Shown piece after piece: positions 9,549 through 19,337 of a stretch of DNA of 64,000 nucleotides. Location of the stretch: positions 192,051 through 256,050 of the forward strand of contig JAEYPO010000001.1 in the NCBI GenBank assembly GCA_023410595.1, given 5' to 3'. The notes beneath the pieces are model-generated. The model saw only the letters and a list, made by a program, of their open reading frames with translations. It had not been told where the DNA came from and ran no database searches. The translations under genes and the position numbers were made by a program. The stretch comes from Bacillota bacterium (lineage in GTDB: Bacteria > Bacillota > Clostridia > Christensenellales > SZUA-584). Position 1 is the first letter of the stretch; each line of letters opens with the position of its first letter.

Positions 9549-10568
9549 ATGGCTACGATATGCGACAAATCAATAAGCAATGCACGCTTTTCTTCGGTAT
9601 CATGCGCCTTGAGTGAAGGAAAAGGCGGGGCCTTGTCTCAGCACGGCGGCGGATTAAACGACAGCGAAGTATTCCCGGACAGCAGGGATTCGGGCAGCGA
9701 GTATCCGGCCGACCCAAAGGGACAGAAGATAAGGACCATAGGCGTCCTTTGCAGCGGCGGCTCCGAAACAGTATTCAGGCATTGTTTTTATGCCGGGATC
9801 ATAGAAGGCTTCAAGAGCATGGTGGAAAGGCATGGCTTTGACATTTTCTTTTTATCCAACCAAATAGGCAAAACGGGGTTTTCGTACCGCGACCACCTTG
9901 CATTAAGGAAGGCTGACGGCGTTTTTATTGTCAACGCGGATTATACGGCGCAAAGCGTGCGCGAGCTGCTGCTGTGCCGTATCCCAAAGATAGCGATAGA
10001 CTACGCCGACGGGTCTACGGGATGTGTAATGACCGACTGCGATAAAAGCATGGCGCTGCTCTATAACTACCTTTATGATTTCGGGCACAGGAACATAGTA
10101 TACATGCACGGAGAGCCGGGGTATTTGACGGACGCAAGGATAAACGGCCTGAAATCCGCCGCAATGGCAAGAGGAGCCGGGCTGCTGCCGGAGAACTTTC
10201 TTAAGTCAAAGTACTATTCCATAGAGGCAGGCTACGCTTCCATGAAGCAGGCGATAGGGCGCAGTGACCTACCCACGGCCGTTATAGCGAGCGACGACTA
10301 CAACGCTATAGGCGCCGTAAGCGCGGCGCGCGATATGGGCCTTAATGTACCCGGGGATGTTTCCGTAGCGGGATTCGACGGCTTTGAGGCAGCGCAGTAC
10401 GTATCGCCAAAGCTGACCACCATAAGGCAGGATACCATGGGCTTAGGCACAAAGGCCGCCGAGAATCTCATAAGGCAGATATTGCGCGTCGGCGACAGGG
10501 GCAAACCGGAGAATATACTGCTGGAGCCTAAGCTGATTATTGGAGAAAGCTGCCGAAAAATATCATGA
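9549..10568 (+). CDS. LacI/PurR-family sugar-binding regulator homologue with a degenerate N-terminal HTH
   Basis: The C-terminal ~270 aa are a periplasmic-binding-protein-like I fold (IGVLCSGG..., AVIASDDYNAIGAVSAARDMGLNVPGDVSVAGFDG). The N-terminus MATICDKSISNARFSSVSCALSEGKG only faintly matches the LacI HTH consensus. RBS GAGGAGG. Confidence 0.7.
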   Translation: MATICDKSISNARFSSVSCALSEGKGGALSQHGGGLNDSEVFPDSRDSGSEYPADPKGQKIRTIGVLCSGGSETVFRHCFYAGIIEGFKSMVERHGFDIFFLSNQIGKTGFSYRDHLALRKADGVFIVNADYTAQSVRELLLCRIPKIAIDYADGSTGCVMTDCDKSMALLYNYLYDFGHRNIVYMHGEPGYLTDARINGLKSAAMARGAGLLPENFLKSKYYSIEAGYASMKQAIGRSDLPTAVIASDDYNAIGAVSAARDMGLNVPGDVSVAGFDGFEAAQYVSPKLTTIRQDTMGLGTKAAENLIRQILRVGDRGKPENILLEPKLIIGESCRKIS

Positions 10569-10583
10569 TTGGGCGAAAACATC

Positions 10584-12683
10584 ATGAAAGAAAACAATAA
10601 AAACGCATATTTTCAGGAACAGGCGGAAGCCGTTGTAGGGGCGATGACGCTGGAAGAGAAAGCGTCTCAGTTAAGGTATGACGCCGCTGCCGTTGAGCGT
10701 CTGGGCATACCCGAATACAACTGGTGGAACGAGGGCCTGCACGGCGTGGCGAGAGCGGGCACGGCGACGATGTTCCCGCAGGCTATAGGCCTTGCCGCGA
10801 TTTTTGACGAAGAAATGCTCTATTCCGTCGCGCGTGTCGTAGCGACGGAAGCGCGCGCTAAGTATAACGAGGCGTCAAAGCACGGCGACAGGGACATATA
10901 TAAAGGGCTCACAATGTGGTCGCCCAACATAAACATATTCCGCGACCCAAGATGGGGCAGAGGGCAGGAAACATACGGCGAGTGCCCATACCTTACGTCC
11001 CGCCTCGGAGTGGCATTCGTTAAGGGACTGCAGGGCGAGGGCAAATACCTTATGACGGCGGCCTGCGCAAAGCACTATGCCGCGCACAGCGGCCCCGAGG
11101 CTACGCGGCATGAGTTCAACGCCGAGGTTACAGAGAAGGATATGTGCGAGACATATCTTCCGGCGTTTAAGGCGCTCGTTGAGGAAGCGCATGTGGAAGG
11201 CGTAATGGGCGCATACAACCGCATAAACGGCGAGCCCGCCTGCGCGAGCCGCTATCTTATGAACAAGCTCTCTCAGTGGGGGTTCGACGGCTATTTCGTG
11301 TCCGACTGCTGGGCAATACGCGACTTTCATACGACGCACATGGTAACATCTACCGCGCCTGAATCCGCTGCCATGGCGTTAAAGGCGGGCTGCGACTTAA
11401 ACTGCGGCAACACGTACTTAAGCCTGCTCGTCGCCTATAATGAAGGCCTTATCAGCGAAGAGGATATTACAAAAGCCGCTATCAGGCTGATGAGGACGAG
11501 GGCAAGGCTCGGACTACTGCCGGACAGTAATACCGAATATGACGATATACCGTATGACATTGTAAGCTGCGGCAATCATAAGGCGCTGTCGCTTGAATGT
11601 GCACGCAAATCAATGGTGCTGCTGAAAAACAACGGGCTGCTCCCGCTTGGCAGAGAAAAGATCAAATCCATAGCAGTAATAGGGCCGAACGCCAACAGTA
11701 TAGATGCTCTTCGCGGCAATTATTACGGCACGGCCGACGGGTACGTAACATTCCTTAATGGCATAAAAGAAGCGTTTGACGGCAGAGTATATTATTCCGA
11801 AGGCTGCCATCTGTTTAAAGACCGTCTGCAGCCGCTTTCCCGGCCTGGAGACAGCTACTCGGAAGCGGCGATAGCAGCCGAGCATGCGGATGCGGTGGTG
11901 CTGTGCTTAGGGCTCGACGCTACCATAGAGGGCGAGGAAGGGGACACGGGCAACGCGTTCGCGGCGGGGGACAAGATAAGCCTGTCACTGCCCGAAAGCC
12001 AGCGCCTGCTTATAAAAAAAGTTTTGGCAGTCGGGAAACCAACGATAATAGTGATGGCAAGCGGAAGCTCGCTAAACCCCGAGGCGGAGGGAGCGGACGC
12101 TATAATACAGGCGTGGTATCCCGGGCAGGAAGGCGGCAGGGCGCTTGCCGATATACTGTTCGGCGACGTTTCGCCTTCGGGCAAGCTGCCCGTAACGTTT
12201 TATGAAACGGCGGACAAGCTGCCCGATTTTTCCGATTACTCTATGAAAAACAGGACGTACAGGTATGTGGACGGCAACGTGCTCTATCCATTCGGGTATG
12301 GCCTCACATACTCAAAAGTCGTTTGCAGCGGGTTGCGCTATGACGGGGAAAGCGGCACGGCTTCGCTGAATGTAAACAATACCGGCGAGTATGACACCGA
12401 CGAGGTCGTACAGCTGTATATACGCGACAACCGCTCAAAATGGGCCGTGCCCAAACCTAAGCTGTGCGGCTTTAAAAGAGTCCATCTGAAAAAGGGAGAG
12501 ACGAAGGAAGTAAAGCTTAAGCTCGCGCAGTCGTCGTTTGAAGCCGTGGATTCAAACGGCAGGCAGCTTATCGACAGCAACAGCTTCACGCTTTACGCCG
12601 GCACAAACCAGCCGGACGAGCTAAGCCGCCGCCTTACCGGCTGCGATTGCGCGGAGACAGACATAATACTCGACCGGTTTTAG
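10584..12683 (+). CDS. Glycoside hydrolase family 3 (beta-glucosidase/beta-xylosidase type)
   Basis: GH3 N-terminal motifs (WWNEGLHGV, FRDPRWGRGQETYGE, KHYAAHSG, FVSDCWA) plus C-terminal and Fn3-like domains. The start is uncertain: ATG 10584 or TTG 10569, and neither has a strong RBS. Confidence 0.9.
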   Translation: MKENNKNAYFQEQAEAVVGAMTLEEKASQLRYDAAAVERLGIPEYNWWNEGLHGVARAGTATMFPQAIGLAAIFDEEMLYSVARVVATEARAKYNEASKHGDRDIYKGLTMWSPNINIFRDPRWGRGQETYGECPYLTSRLGVAFVKGLQGEGKYLMTAACAKHYAAHSGPEATRHEFNAEVTEKDMCETYLPAFKALVEEAHVEGVMGAYNRINGEPACASRYLMNKLSQWGFDGYFVSDCWAIRDFHTTHMVTSTAPESAAMALKAGCDLNCGNTYLSLLVAYNEGLISEEDITKAAIRLMRTRARLGLLPDSNTEYDDIPYDIVSCGNHKALSLECARKSMVLLKNNGLLPLGREKIKSIAVIGPNANSIDALRGNYYGTADGYVTFLNGIKEAFDGRVYYSEGCHLFKDRLQPLSRPGDSYSEAAIAAEHADAVVLCLGLDATIEGEEGDTGNAFAAGDKISLSLPESQRLLIKKVLAVGKPTIIVMASGSSLNPEAEGADAIIQAWYPGQEGGRALADILFGDVSPSGKLPVTFYETADKLPDFSDYSMKNRTYRYVDGNVLYPFGYGLTYSKVVCSGLRYDGESGTASLNVNNTGEYDTDEVVQLYIRDNRSKWAVPKPKLCGFKRVHLKKGETKEVKLKLAQSSFEAVDSNGRQLIDSNSFTLYAGTNQPDELSRRLTGCDCAETDIILDRF

Positions 12684-12696
12684 TGAGCTTTTCAAC

Positions 12697-12870
12697 GCTT
12701 CACCTTCTCCTCATAGGAGAAGGTGAAGCGCCTTATGAGGTGTATTGCGCAGAAACTCCGCTTCATCAGCCAGATACTGAATTACACGCCTTCTCCTCTA
12801 GGAGAAGGCGGCGCAGAGCGCCGGATGAGATGAAGATGAGGTGATTGGAAAGCGACTCTACTTCATCAGT
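12697..12870. repeat. Two tandem diverged ~85-90 nt units, each starting with a near-perfect palindromic hairpin that shares the core CCTTCTCCT/AGGAGAAGG
   Basis: Hairpin 1 at 12697-12729 has a 15-bp perfect stem (GCTTCACCTTCTCCT-CAT-AGGAGAAGGTGAAGC). Hairpin 2 at 12787-12810 is CGCCTTCTCCT-CT-AGGAGAAGGCG. Each is followed by ATGAGGTGnATTG ... CTTCATCAG. Confidence 0.6.
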
Positions 12871-13096
12871 CATGCAAGTTGTGAAATTAATATAAGCCAT
12901 TGCCCTCTTCTTTCCGGACAGACCCCCGGCTTGTAATCAATAAGTAGATTATTTACCCATATGTATCAAAAAAGTACTTATAAGCATTAATATCAGGTAA
13001 AAACATTGCGTATAGTGGTAATGAAATACCATTTACTGTCTTGCAATCGACTTGTACAATATTTACATCTATTATTATAAGGAGGAGAACCCAATC

Positions 13097-14428
13097 ATGA
13101 AAAAAGTGCTTGCTTTATTGATTGTCGCATTAATGATTATCCCATTCACTGCCTGCGGCGCTCCGCAGGAAATAGCATCCACGGCTCCTGATACCTCGAA
13201 GGAAGTCGCATCCGAAGCTCCCGCGCCGTCATCGGAAGCTCCTGAAGAGCAGATCACTCTTACGCTGTGGTGCATCGCCACAGAGAGCGATAACTATCAC
13301 CAGCCTTACCTTAGCGCGATCGCTGATTTTGAAGCGGCTCATACGAATATAAAAATCGACTTTCAGCCGTTCGAAAACGAATCGTACAAGACAAAGCTGA
13401 AATCCGCGGTTTCCGCCAACGAGCTCCCCGATATATTCTTCACGTGGGGCGGCGGCTTCTCACAGCCCTTCGTAGAGGCAGGCCGTGTTCTCTGCGTTGA
13501 CGACGCGTATCAGAACTATAAAGACGCTCTCCCTGAGGTCATGCTCACAAACGTGACGTTCGACGGCAAGAAATACGGCTCGATTTACACAATGAACGTT
13601 TCCATGCTGTTCTACAACAAGGATATGTTCAAACAGTACAACCTGAATCCGCCGACAACGATGGACGAACTCAAGACGGTTTGCCAGACGTTCATCGACA
13701 ACGGCATTACCCCGTTTGGCATAAGCGCGAAGGACAAGTGGAATCTCGGCATGGCCCACGACGGACTGACGCTGAAATCCGCCGGACCCGCCGCGGTAAC
13801 GAGCGTACTTACTAAGGACGGCACGGCAACCTATGACGCGCCCGAATTCCTCGCCGCGACGAACGCGTTCAGCGACCTCGTAAAGATGGGCGCTTACAGC
13901 GAAGACGCCATCGCCCTTACCAACGACGAAGCCACCCAGACGTTCTATGACGGCAAAGTTCCCATGTACATAACGGGCAGCTGGATGGTAAGCGATTTCT
14001 ATACGAAATCGAAGACGCCCGAAGCTTATGGCTGCATACCCATACCGGTAGTTAATTCCGCGAATGCGAAGCTTACAGACTTTATGGGCGGCCCGTCCGA
14101 CACACTGATGGTCGCGGCTTCCACGAAATATCCGGAAGAGTCCGCAATGGCAATGTTCGAGATCTCCCAGGGCATCTCGAAGTACGGATACCTTTCCGGC
14201 AGCGGAATAGCGGGATGGAAGGTAGATTATGACGCGGCGGAAGTAAAACCGCTTACACAGGAGATAGCCACGCTGGTTCAGGGCGCAACGTCTCTCACGC
14301 TGTGGTTCGACACGCTGCTCCAGGCCGAAGACGCCAACATCTATCTTGACAACCTGCAGCAGCTCTATCTTGGAGACATCACTCCGCAGCAGGTAATAGA
14401 CAATATGGTCGCGCAGCTCGGTAAATAA
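13097..14428 (+). CDS. ABC transporter substrate-binding lipoprotein (family 1, CUT1 oligosaccharide type)
   Basis: Lipoprotein signal MKKVLALLIVALMIIPFTACG and a Ser/Ala/Pro linker, followed by an SBP_bac_1-like body. RBS AAGGAGGAG upstream of ATG 13097. Confidence 0.9.
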   Translation: MKKVLALLIVALMIIPFTACGAPQEIASTAPDTSKEVASEAPAPSSEAPEEQITLTLWCIATESDNYHQPYLSAIADFEAAHTNIKIDFQPFENESYKTKLKSAVSANELPDIFFTWGGGFSQPFVEAGRVLCVDDAYQNYKDALPEVMLTNVTFDGKKYGSIYTMNVSMLFYNKDMFKQYNLNPPTTMDELKTVCQTFIDNGITPFGISAKDKWNLGMAHDGLTLKSAGPAAVTSVLTKDGTATYDAPEFLAATNAFSDLVKMGAYSEDAIALTNDEATQTFYDGKVPMYITGSWMVSDFYTKSKTPEAYGCIPIPVVNSANAKLTDFMGGPSDTLMVAASTKYPEESAMAMFEISQGISKYGYLSGSGIAGWKVDYDAAEVKPLTQEIATLVQGATSLTLWFDTLLQAEDANIYLDNLQQLYLGDITPQQVIDNMVAQLGK

Positions 14429-14468
14429 CGGGCCATGCAAAAGTAACGACTTAACCTTAATGATAACA

Positions 14469-14500
14469 GGCCTCCCGGCGGAAAAATACGCCGGGAGGCC
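14469..14500 (+). other. Intercistronic GC-rich stem-loop between the SBP and permease genes
   Basis: GGCCTCCCGGCG-N8-CGCCGGGAGGCC is a 12-bp perfect stem with no T-run after it. It is more likely an mRNA-stabilising or attenuating hairpin than a full terminator. Confidence 0.5.
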
Positions 14501-14598
14501 AAAATCTCCCCATATTAAAAATCCGTTTTACCAGGGGTCCCCAGCAAGTCGTGAGGCTTGATGGGGTGATAATTATTTTGATCGTTAGGGGGAATATA

Positions 14599-15480
14599 AT
14601 GAACAGACTATATAGAAATAAACTGGCGATCGTACTGTTCCTGCTACCCGCCCTTATTTTATTGATTGGCATAATAGTCATTCCGATAATAGCGACAACG
14701 TATTACAGCCTTCACGACTGGAACGGTTTCGGTGAAATGAAGTTTATCGGACTGGGCAATTACATCGAACTTTTTACCAATAAAACGGTCAACTTTCCGC
14801 AGGCGCTGCTTAACGCCGTATATTTTGCGGGATTGTCTATATTTATACAATTGCCTTTTTCACTGCTGCTTGCTTTGCTGCTGGCCAAAGGGAGGAAAGG
14901 AAGCCGCTTTTTCCTTTCGGTGTTCTTTATCCCCGTTATAATGTCCACAGTAGTTATAGGCCAGCTATGGCTGAAAATATACAATCCCGAATACGGCATA
15001 CTCAACGTTGCGCTGAGATCCATTGGTCTGGACTCGTGGGCGAAGGTGTGGCTGGGCGATAGGAGTACGGCGCTGATAGCTGCGTTCATACCGACGCTGT
15101 GGCAGTATACCGGCTATCATATGCTGCTGATGTATGCGGGTATTCGAAGTCTGCCTCCCGAGGTAAAAGAAGCTGCGCTGATAGACGGCGCATCGGAATG
15201 GCAGGTGAACCGCAAAATCATCATTCCCATGCTCCGGCCGGTAATAAGAGTGTGCGCCATAATATCGATAACGGGGTCTTTAAAAGTATTCGACCTGATA
15301 TACATACTTACAAGCGGCGGTCCGGCGCACGCGACCGAAGTGCCGAGTACGCTGATGGTAAGCATGATGTTTTTACAGAATCGGTTCGGCTTTGCAAGCG
15401 CAATAGCGGTATTGCTTATAATACTGTGTTTCTTCTTTGCGGTAGTCATAAGAAAAGCGTTCAGAACGGAGGTGGGCTGA
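14599..15480 (+). CDS. Sugar ABC transporter permease (MalF/UgpA-like, BPD_transp_1)
   Basis: Six predicted TM segments and an EAA-like loop (EAALIDGASEWQVNRKIIIPMLRP). ATG 14599 follows AGGGGG. Confidence 0.9.
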   Translation: MNRLYRNKLAIVLFLLPALILLIGIIVIPIIATTYYSLHDWNGFGEMKFIGLGNYIELFTNKTVNFPQALLNAVYFAGLSIFIQLPFSLLLALLLAKGRKGSRFFLSVFFIPVIMSTVVIGQLWLKIYNPEYGILNVALRSIGLDSWAKVWLGDRSTALIAAFIPTLWQYTGYHMLLMYAGIRSLPPEVKEAALIDGASEWQVNRKIIIPMLRPVIRVCAIISITGSLKVFDLIYILTSGGPAHATEVPSTLMVSMMFLQNRFGFASAIAVLLIILCFFFAVVIRKAFRTEVG

Positions 15481-16383
15481 TTGAAGCTGCAAGTTAATTC
15501 GGAACAAAATCCCGACGTGAGAATAAGAACGAGACCAAAAGCCTATATCCGTTTCGGAAAATTTAAGATAAAGGAAGTGTTTGTTTATTTATTCTTAGGC
15601 ATCTGGGCGCTTGTGAACCTGTTCCCTCTCTATTGGATGTTTACGTTTTCGCTCAAGGACAACGCCGAAATATTCGGAGCTAACGTCATAGGCTTGCCAA
15701 ACACCTGGCTGTGGTCCAACTATGAGGCCGCGCTAAGAGTGGGCAATATGGGCAAGTTCTTTTTAAACAGCCTTATCGTTACGGGTATAACGATTGTGCT
15801 TACGGTATTTATAGCCATGATGGCGGCGTTTGCGCTTACAAGGATGATATGGAAAGGGCGCAAGTTGATGAACAACATGATGATACTTGGGATGACTATT
15901 CCGGTACACGCCGCTATTATACCCGTGTTCATACTGCTTTCCAACCTGAAAATGCTAAACTCGTATCAAGCGCTTATAGTGCCGTACACCGCGTTTGCCC
16001 TCGCTATAGCCACGCTTATCTTCACAGGTTTCATGCAGGACATACCGCGGGAACTTGACGAGTCGGCATGCATAGACGGCTGTAATATATGGGGGGTATT
16101 CACGCATGTCGTCTTTCCAATGATGCGGCCGGCGATATCGTCGGTTGCAATATTCACGTTTATACAGACGTGGAACGAAATGATGTTCGCCGTTATATTT
16201 ATCAGCAAGGAAGAATTCCGAACGCTGACCGTCGGTATACAAACGCTTTCCGGTTCGTATACGAGAGATTGGGGGCCGATAGGCGCGGCGCTCGTGCTGG
16301 CTACGTTCCCGACGCTGATAGCATACGCCCTTATAAGCAAGAAGATTCATGAGAGCTTTAACGCAGGCGCCATAAAGGGCTGA
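15481..16383 (+). CDS. Sugar ABC transporter permease (MalG/UgpE-like)
   Basis: EAA loop ESACIDGCNIWGVFTHVVFPMMRPA. The TTG start directly abuts the previous stop. Confidence 0.85.
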   Translation: MKLQVNSEQNPDVRIRTRPKAYIRFGKFKIKEVFVYLFLGIWALVNLFPLYWMFTFSLKDNAEIFGANVIGLPNTWLWSNYEAALRVGNMGKFFLNSLIVTGITIVLTVFIAMMAAFALTRMIWKGRKLMNNMMILGMTIPVHAAIIPVFILLSNLKMLNSYQALIVPYTAFALAIATLIFTGFMQDIPRELDESACIDGCNIWGVFTHVVFPMMRPAISSVAIFTFIQTWNEMMFAVIFISKEEFRTLTVGIQTLSGSYTRDWGPIGAALVLATFPTLIAYALISKKIHESFNAGAIKG

Positions 16384-16533
16384 CGACGTTTTTTAAATGT
16401 GGTTGGGGATAGTATTATTTTGTTGAAAATGGTGATATATTCGGTTTTTGTGTTATAATAGTATTAACGCCTCATATATATTATGTTACAGTAAACGTTG
16501 ACACACATATTGCTTGCGCTTGAGGTTCAGCTT

Positions 16534-18309
16534 ATGAAAGCTCGATGGCCGGATATAAAAATGAACCGTTCCCAGCAATCTTTAAAGCGAAAAACGTGGA
16601 GATTCTTTATGGTGCTGCTCTCCGCTTTTTGCGTTATATTCATAGCCTCGTATACGATAATAATGACGAGGGCGGCCATTGAAAACGAAGTATCCGCCAG
16701 TGAGTTCGCAATGACGAGCGTTAGCAGAAACTTAAAGGTGGTGCTCGACCGTTACAGGGAAATGTCGCGCCAGATCATGATAGATTCCAATGTTATCGCA
16801 TTTTTGCGCGATACGGGCAATAACGCGTATAACACAGCCAGAGTCAACGAAGGTATTTATAATGTAACCAATATCTACAGCTACGTGGATTCTGTATATA
16901 TCTACCGTGTCGACAGGAAATATGCCCGGACGGGCTCCGGCATTATGGAAATGAATTTCGGATTGATTGCCGACCCCGAATGGCTGTCGCCTCTCGAGCA
17001 ATCGAAGGGCGGCAACGTAATGATGATAAACGGCAACGGCGCTTTTAATAAAAGGAGCGGTACGCCGCTTATTACAATGGCCCGGTACATATACGATATA
17101 GATACCCAGCAGAAGACAGGCCTGCTCGTCATAAATCTTACGCCAAAAGTGCTCGACTCGGCAATAAGCGATCTTGGAAAAGACAGAGCCATATGCTTCT
17201 TTGACCGGAAGGGCAACATGCTGGGGGGCAGCGAGAGCCTTAAAGAATCGTTCAAAAAGGACTTTGCCGGCAACGGTTTTAGCTGGGAACTCTTGAACGT
17301 GGATGGAAGAAACAAAATACTGTCTTCTTACAGCACGAAAGGAATACCTGTCGTACAGGTAAGCATAAGCGACGTCTCGGGCAGCGGCATACAATCGTGG
17401 GAAACGATATGGCTTGCCATAACGCTGGTCACGGCGGTCATACTGGCCGTGTTCAGCAGCGGCGTATTCATAACGCTTAACATTACGCGCCCTATCGACA
17501 AGCTGAGCGAATCTATGGTCAATACGAAGTCAGAAGGCCTGCTGTGCGAGATAGATTTGCCGGTGCCTGACAACGAGATACGAAGGCTGGGCGAGAGCTA
17601 TAACGGCATGGTGGTTCATAACAACAAGCTGATAGCCGAGCTCATTGAAAAGGAGAAGAGCGTTCAGAAGGCCGAACTCAGAACGCTGCAGGAACAGATA
17701 AAGCCTCATTTCCTTTATAACTCGCTCGAGACAATAAGCTATATGGCGCTGCAGAGCAACGCTCCTAAAGTACACGACGCGCTTGAAACGCTGGGCAGCT
17801 TTTACCGAAATTTCTTAAACAAGGGCAGCAGAGATATACCGCTGCGCAACGAGATTCTGATAGTAAAGGATTACCTTGCACTGCAGAAGCTGAGGTATAA
17901 CGACGCGTTCGACGATTATTACGAAGTCGAAGAGAGCGTGCTCGATACGATGATACCAAAGCTGATACTTCAGCCGCTCGTGGAAAACAGCCTTTACCAC
18001 GGCGTGCGCCTCAAAGGCGAAAAGGGCGTCATTCGCATAAGCGCCTTTGGCAGGAACGACACAGTTCATATTTGCGTCTACGACACGGGCGTAGGCATGA
18101 CGCAGGAACAGATAAACAAAGTGCTGGCGAGCGATTCAAAAGACGACAACGCGCTTTCCGGATTCGGGCTGAAGGGAACGTTAGAGCGTATACGCTACTA
18201 TTACAATTACTGCGCGGTTATATACATAAGGAGCGAGCCGGGTGAATACACCGAGATAGAGATAATAGTACCGGCCAAGGAAAAACAAGGAGGTGGAGTG
18301 GATGTTTAG
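16534..18309 (+). CDS. Sensor histidine kinase, YesM/LytS-like (extracytoplasmic sensor domain, HAMP, His_kinase PF06580, HATPase_c)
   Basis: Two TM segments flank a ~280-aa extracytoplasmic region. Kinase motifs are QIKPHFLYNSLETISYM (His box) and LILQPLVENSLYHG. The start was chosen at ATG 16534 (GAGGT RBS). Confidence 0.85.
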   Translation: MKARWPDIKMNRSQQSLKRKTWRFFMVLLSAFCVIFIASYTIIMTRAAIENEVSASEFAMTSVSRNLKVVLDRYREMSRQIMIDSNVIAFLRDTGNNAYNTARVNEGIYNVTNIYSYVDSVYIYRVDRKYARTGSGIMEMNFGLIADPEWLSPLEQSKGGNVMMINGNGAFNKRSGTPLITMARYIYDIDTQQKTGLLVINLTPKVLDSAISDLGKDRAICFFDRKGNMLGGSESLKESFKKDFAGNGFSWELLNVDGRNKILSSYSTKGIPVVQVSISDVSGSGIQSWETIWLAITLVTAVILAVFSSGVFITLNITRPIDKLSESMVNTKSEGLLCEIDLPVPDNEIRRLGESYNGMVVHNNKLIAELIEKEKSVQKAELRTLQEQIKPHFLYNSLETISYMALQSNAPKVHDALETLGSFYRNFLNKGSRDIPLRNEILIVKDYLALQKLRYNDAFDDYYEVEESVLDTMIPKLILQPLVENSLYHGVRLKGEKGVIRISAFGRNDTVHICVYDTGVGMTQEQINKVLASDSKDDNALSGFGLKGTLERIRYYYNYCAVIYIRSEPGEYTEIEIIVPAKEKQGGGVDV

Positions 18310-19051
18310 AGTAATGCTTATAGACGATGAAGAACCAACTCGCTTGTTGCTGAAAGAGTCGATAGACTGGGGAAACCTGGGCCTTGAGGTCGTTGGAGAA
18401 GCGAGCAGCGGCATAGAAGCTATCAATATGATAGACGAGCTTAAGCCGCACATAGCTTTTGTTGACATCTGCATGCCGTTTATGGACGGCATAGAATTCT
18501 CTAAGCTGGCTACGAGCCGCTATCCCAACTTAAAGATTATCATTCTTACCGCTTTTGACGAGTTTGAATACGCAAGGCAGTGCATTGGCCTGCCTATCTG
18601 CGGCTATATACTCAAGCCTATAGTACGTGCAGAAATATATGATATATTGGGAAAGGTAAAGCAGCTGATAAAGGAGCCGGCAAAAGAGGCGGAGGAATTT
18701 CGTGAGATAGAACCGTCCACCATAAGGCGCATAGCCAAATATGTCGAAGAGAATTATACGGACTCCAGCCTGAACCTTACGTCGATAGCGCAGACGTTCG
18801 GGTTCAACTCGAGCTACTTAAGCAGGAGGTTTAAAGCTGAAATAGGCCACTGCTTTATAGAGCATCTTACCGAATGCCGCATGAAAAAAGCCATCGCTCT
18901 CGCGAAGGACAGCGAAAAGATGTTTTATACCGCGAGCGCGGTGGGCATACCCGACCCTAATTATTTCGGCCGTTGCTTTAAAAAGTACACGGGCATAAGT
19001 TATTCAGAATACTGCAAACAGCTGCAGAACATGGAGCATATCAACATATAA
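18302..19051 (+). CDS. Response regulator with AraC-type HTH output (YesN-like, short form)
   Basis: REC domain (MLIDDEE...FVDICMPFMDG...ILTAF) and a C-terminal HTH_AraC (FGFNSSYLSRRFKAEIG...IPDPNYFGRCFKKYTG). Overlaps the end of the kinase gene by 8 nt. RBS AAGGAGGTGGAG. Confidence 0.9.
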   Translation: MFRVMLIDDEEPTRLLLKESIDWGNLGLEVVGEASSGIEAINMIDELKPHIAFVDICMPFMDGIEFSKLATSRYPNLKIIILTAFDEFEYARQCIGLPICGYILKPIVRAEIYDILGKVKQLIKEPAKEAEEFREIEPSTIRRIAKYVEENYTDSSLNLTSIAQTFGFNSSYLSRRFKAEIGHCFIEHLTECRMKKAIALAKDSEKMFYTASAVGIPDPNYFGRCFKKYTGISYSEYCKQLQNMEHINI

Positions 19052-19337
19052 ACAGGACTGTTTAATACGGGGTTCCCATAAAGCCAAAAAGCTTCATGGG
19101 ATGGAAATAAGTATCAATACGGCTTTTGGGCGGCTCCACTTGCATCGCTTAAAAGACGTAAAATAAAGGAGGAAAGTTATCCGCATCGGCTTGCGGTGCA
19201 GCAGTGTGGAGACCTGTTGTAAAGCCATTGTCACATAATCGGGCAGTGGCGAGCCGCGCATTAAGACCCCCGTTAAGCCGCAAGCTTTATTGGGTGTTTA
19301 AAAGCCTTGAGCTGTGCGCGGTAAAGCCGTGAAAGTT

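Noticed and set aside
12647-12844. 65-aa ORF across the palindromic repeat units
   Set aside because: The reading frame is generated by the hairpin repeats themselves (for example SSRRRRRRAPDE). It begins inside the GH3 3' end and has no RBS.
19052-19337. 286-nt leader upstream of the MsmK-like ATPase, considered as a possible riboswitch
   Set aside because: It contains a few short hairpins (CCCAT...ATGGG, CCGCA-TCGGCT-TGCGG) and an SD-like AAGGAGGAAAG with no start codon after it. I could match it to no known RNA family and see no terminator/antiterminator logic, so the evidence is insufficient.
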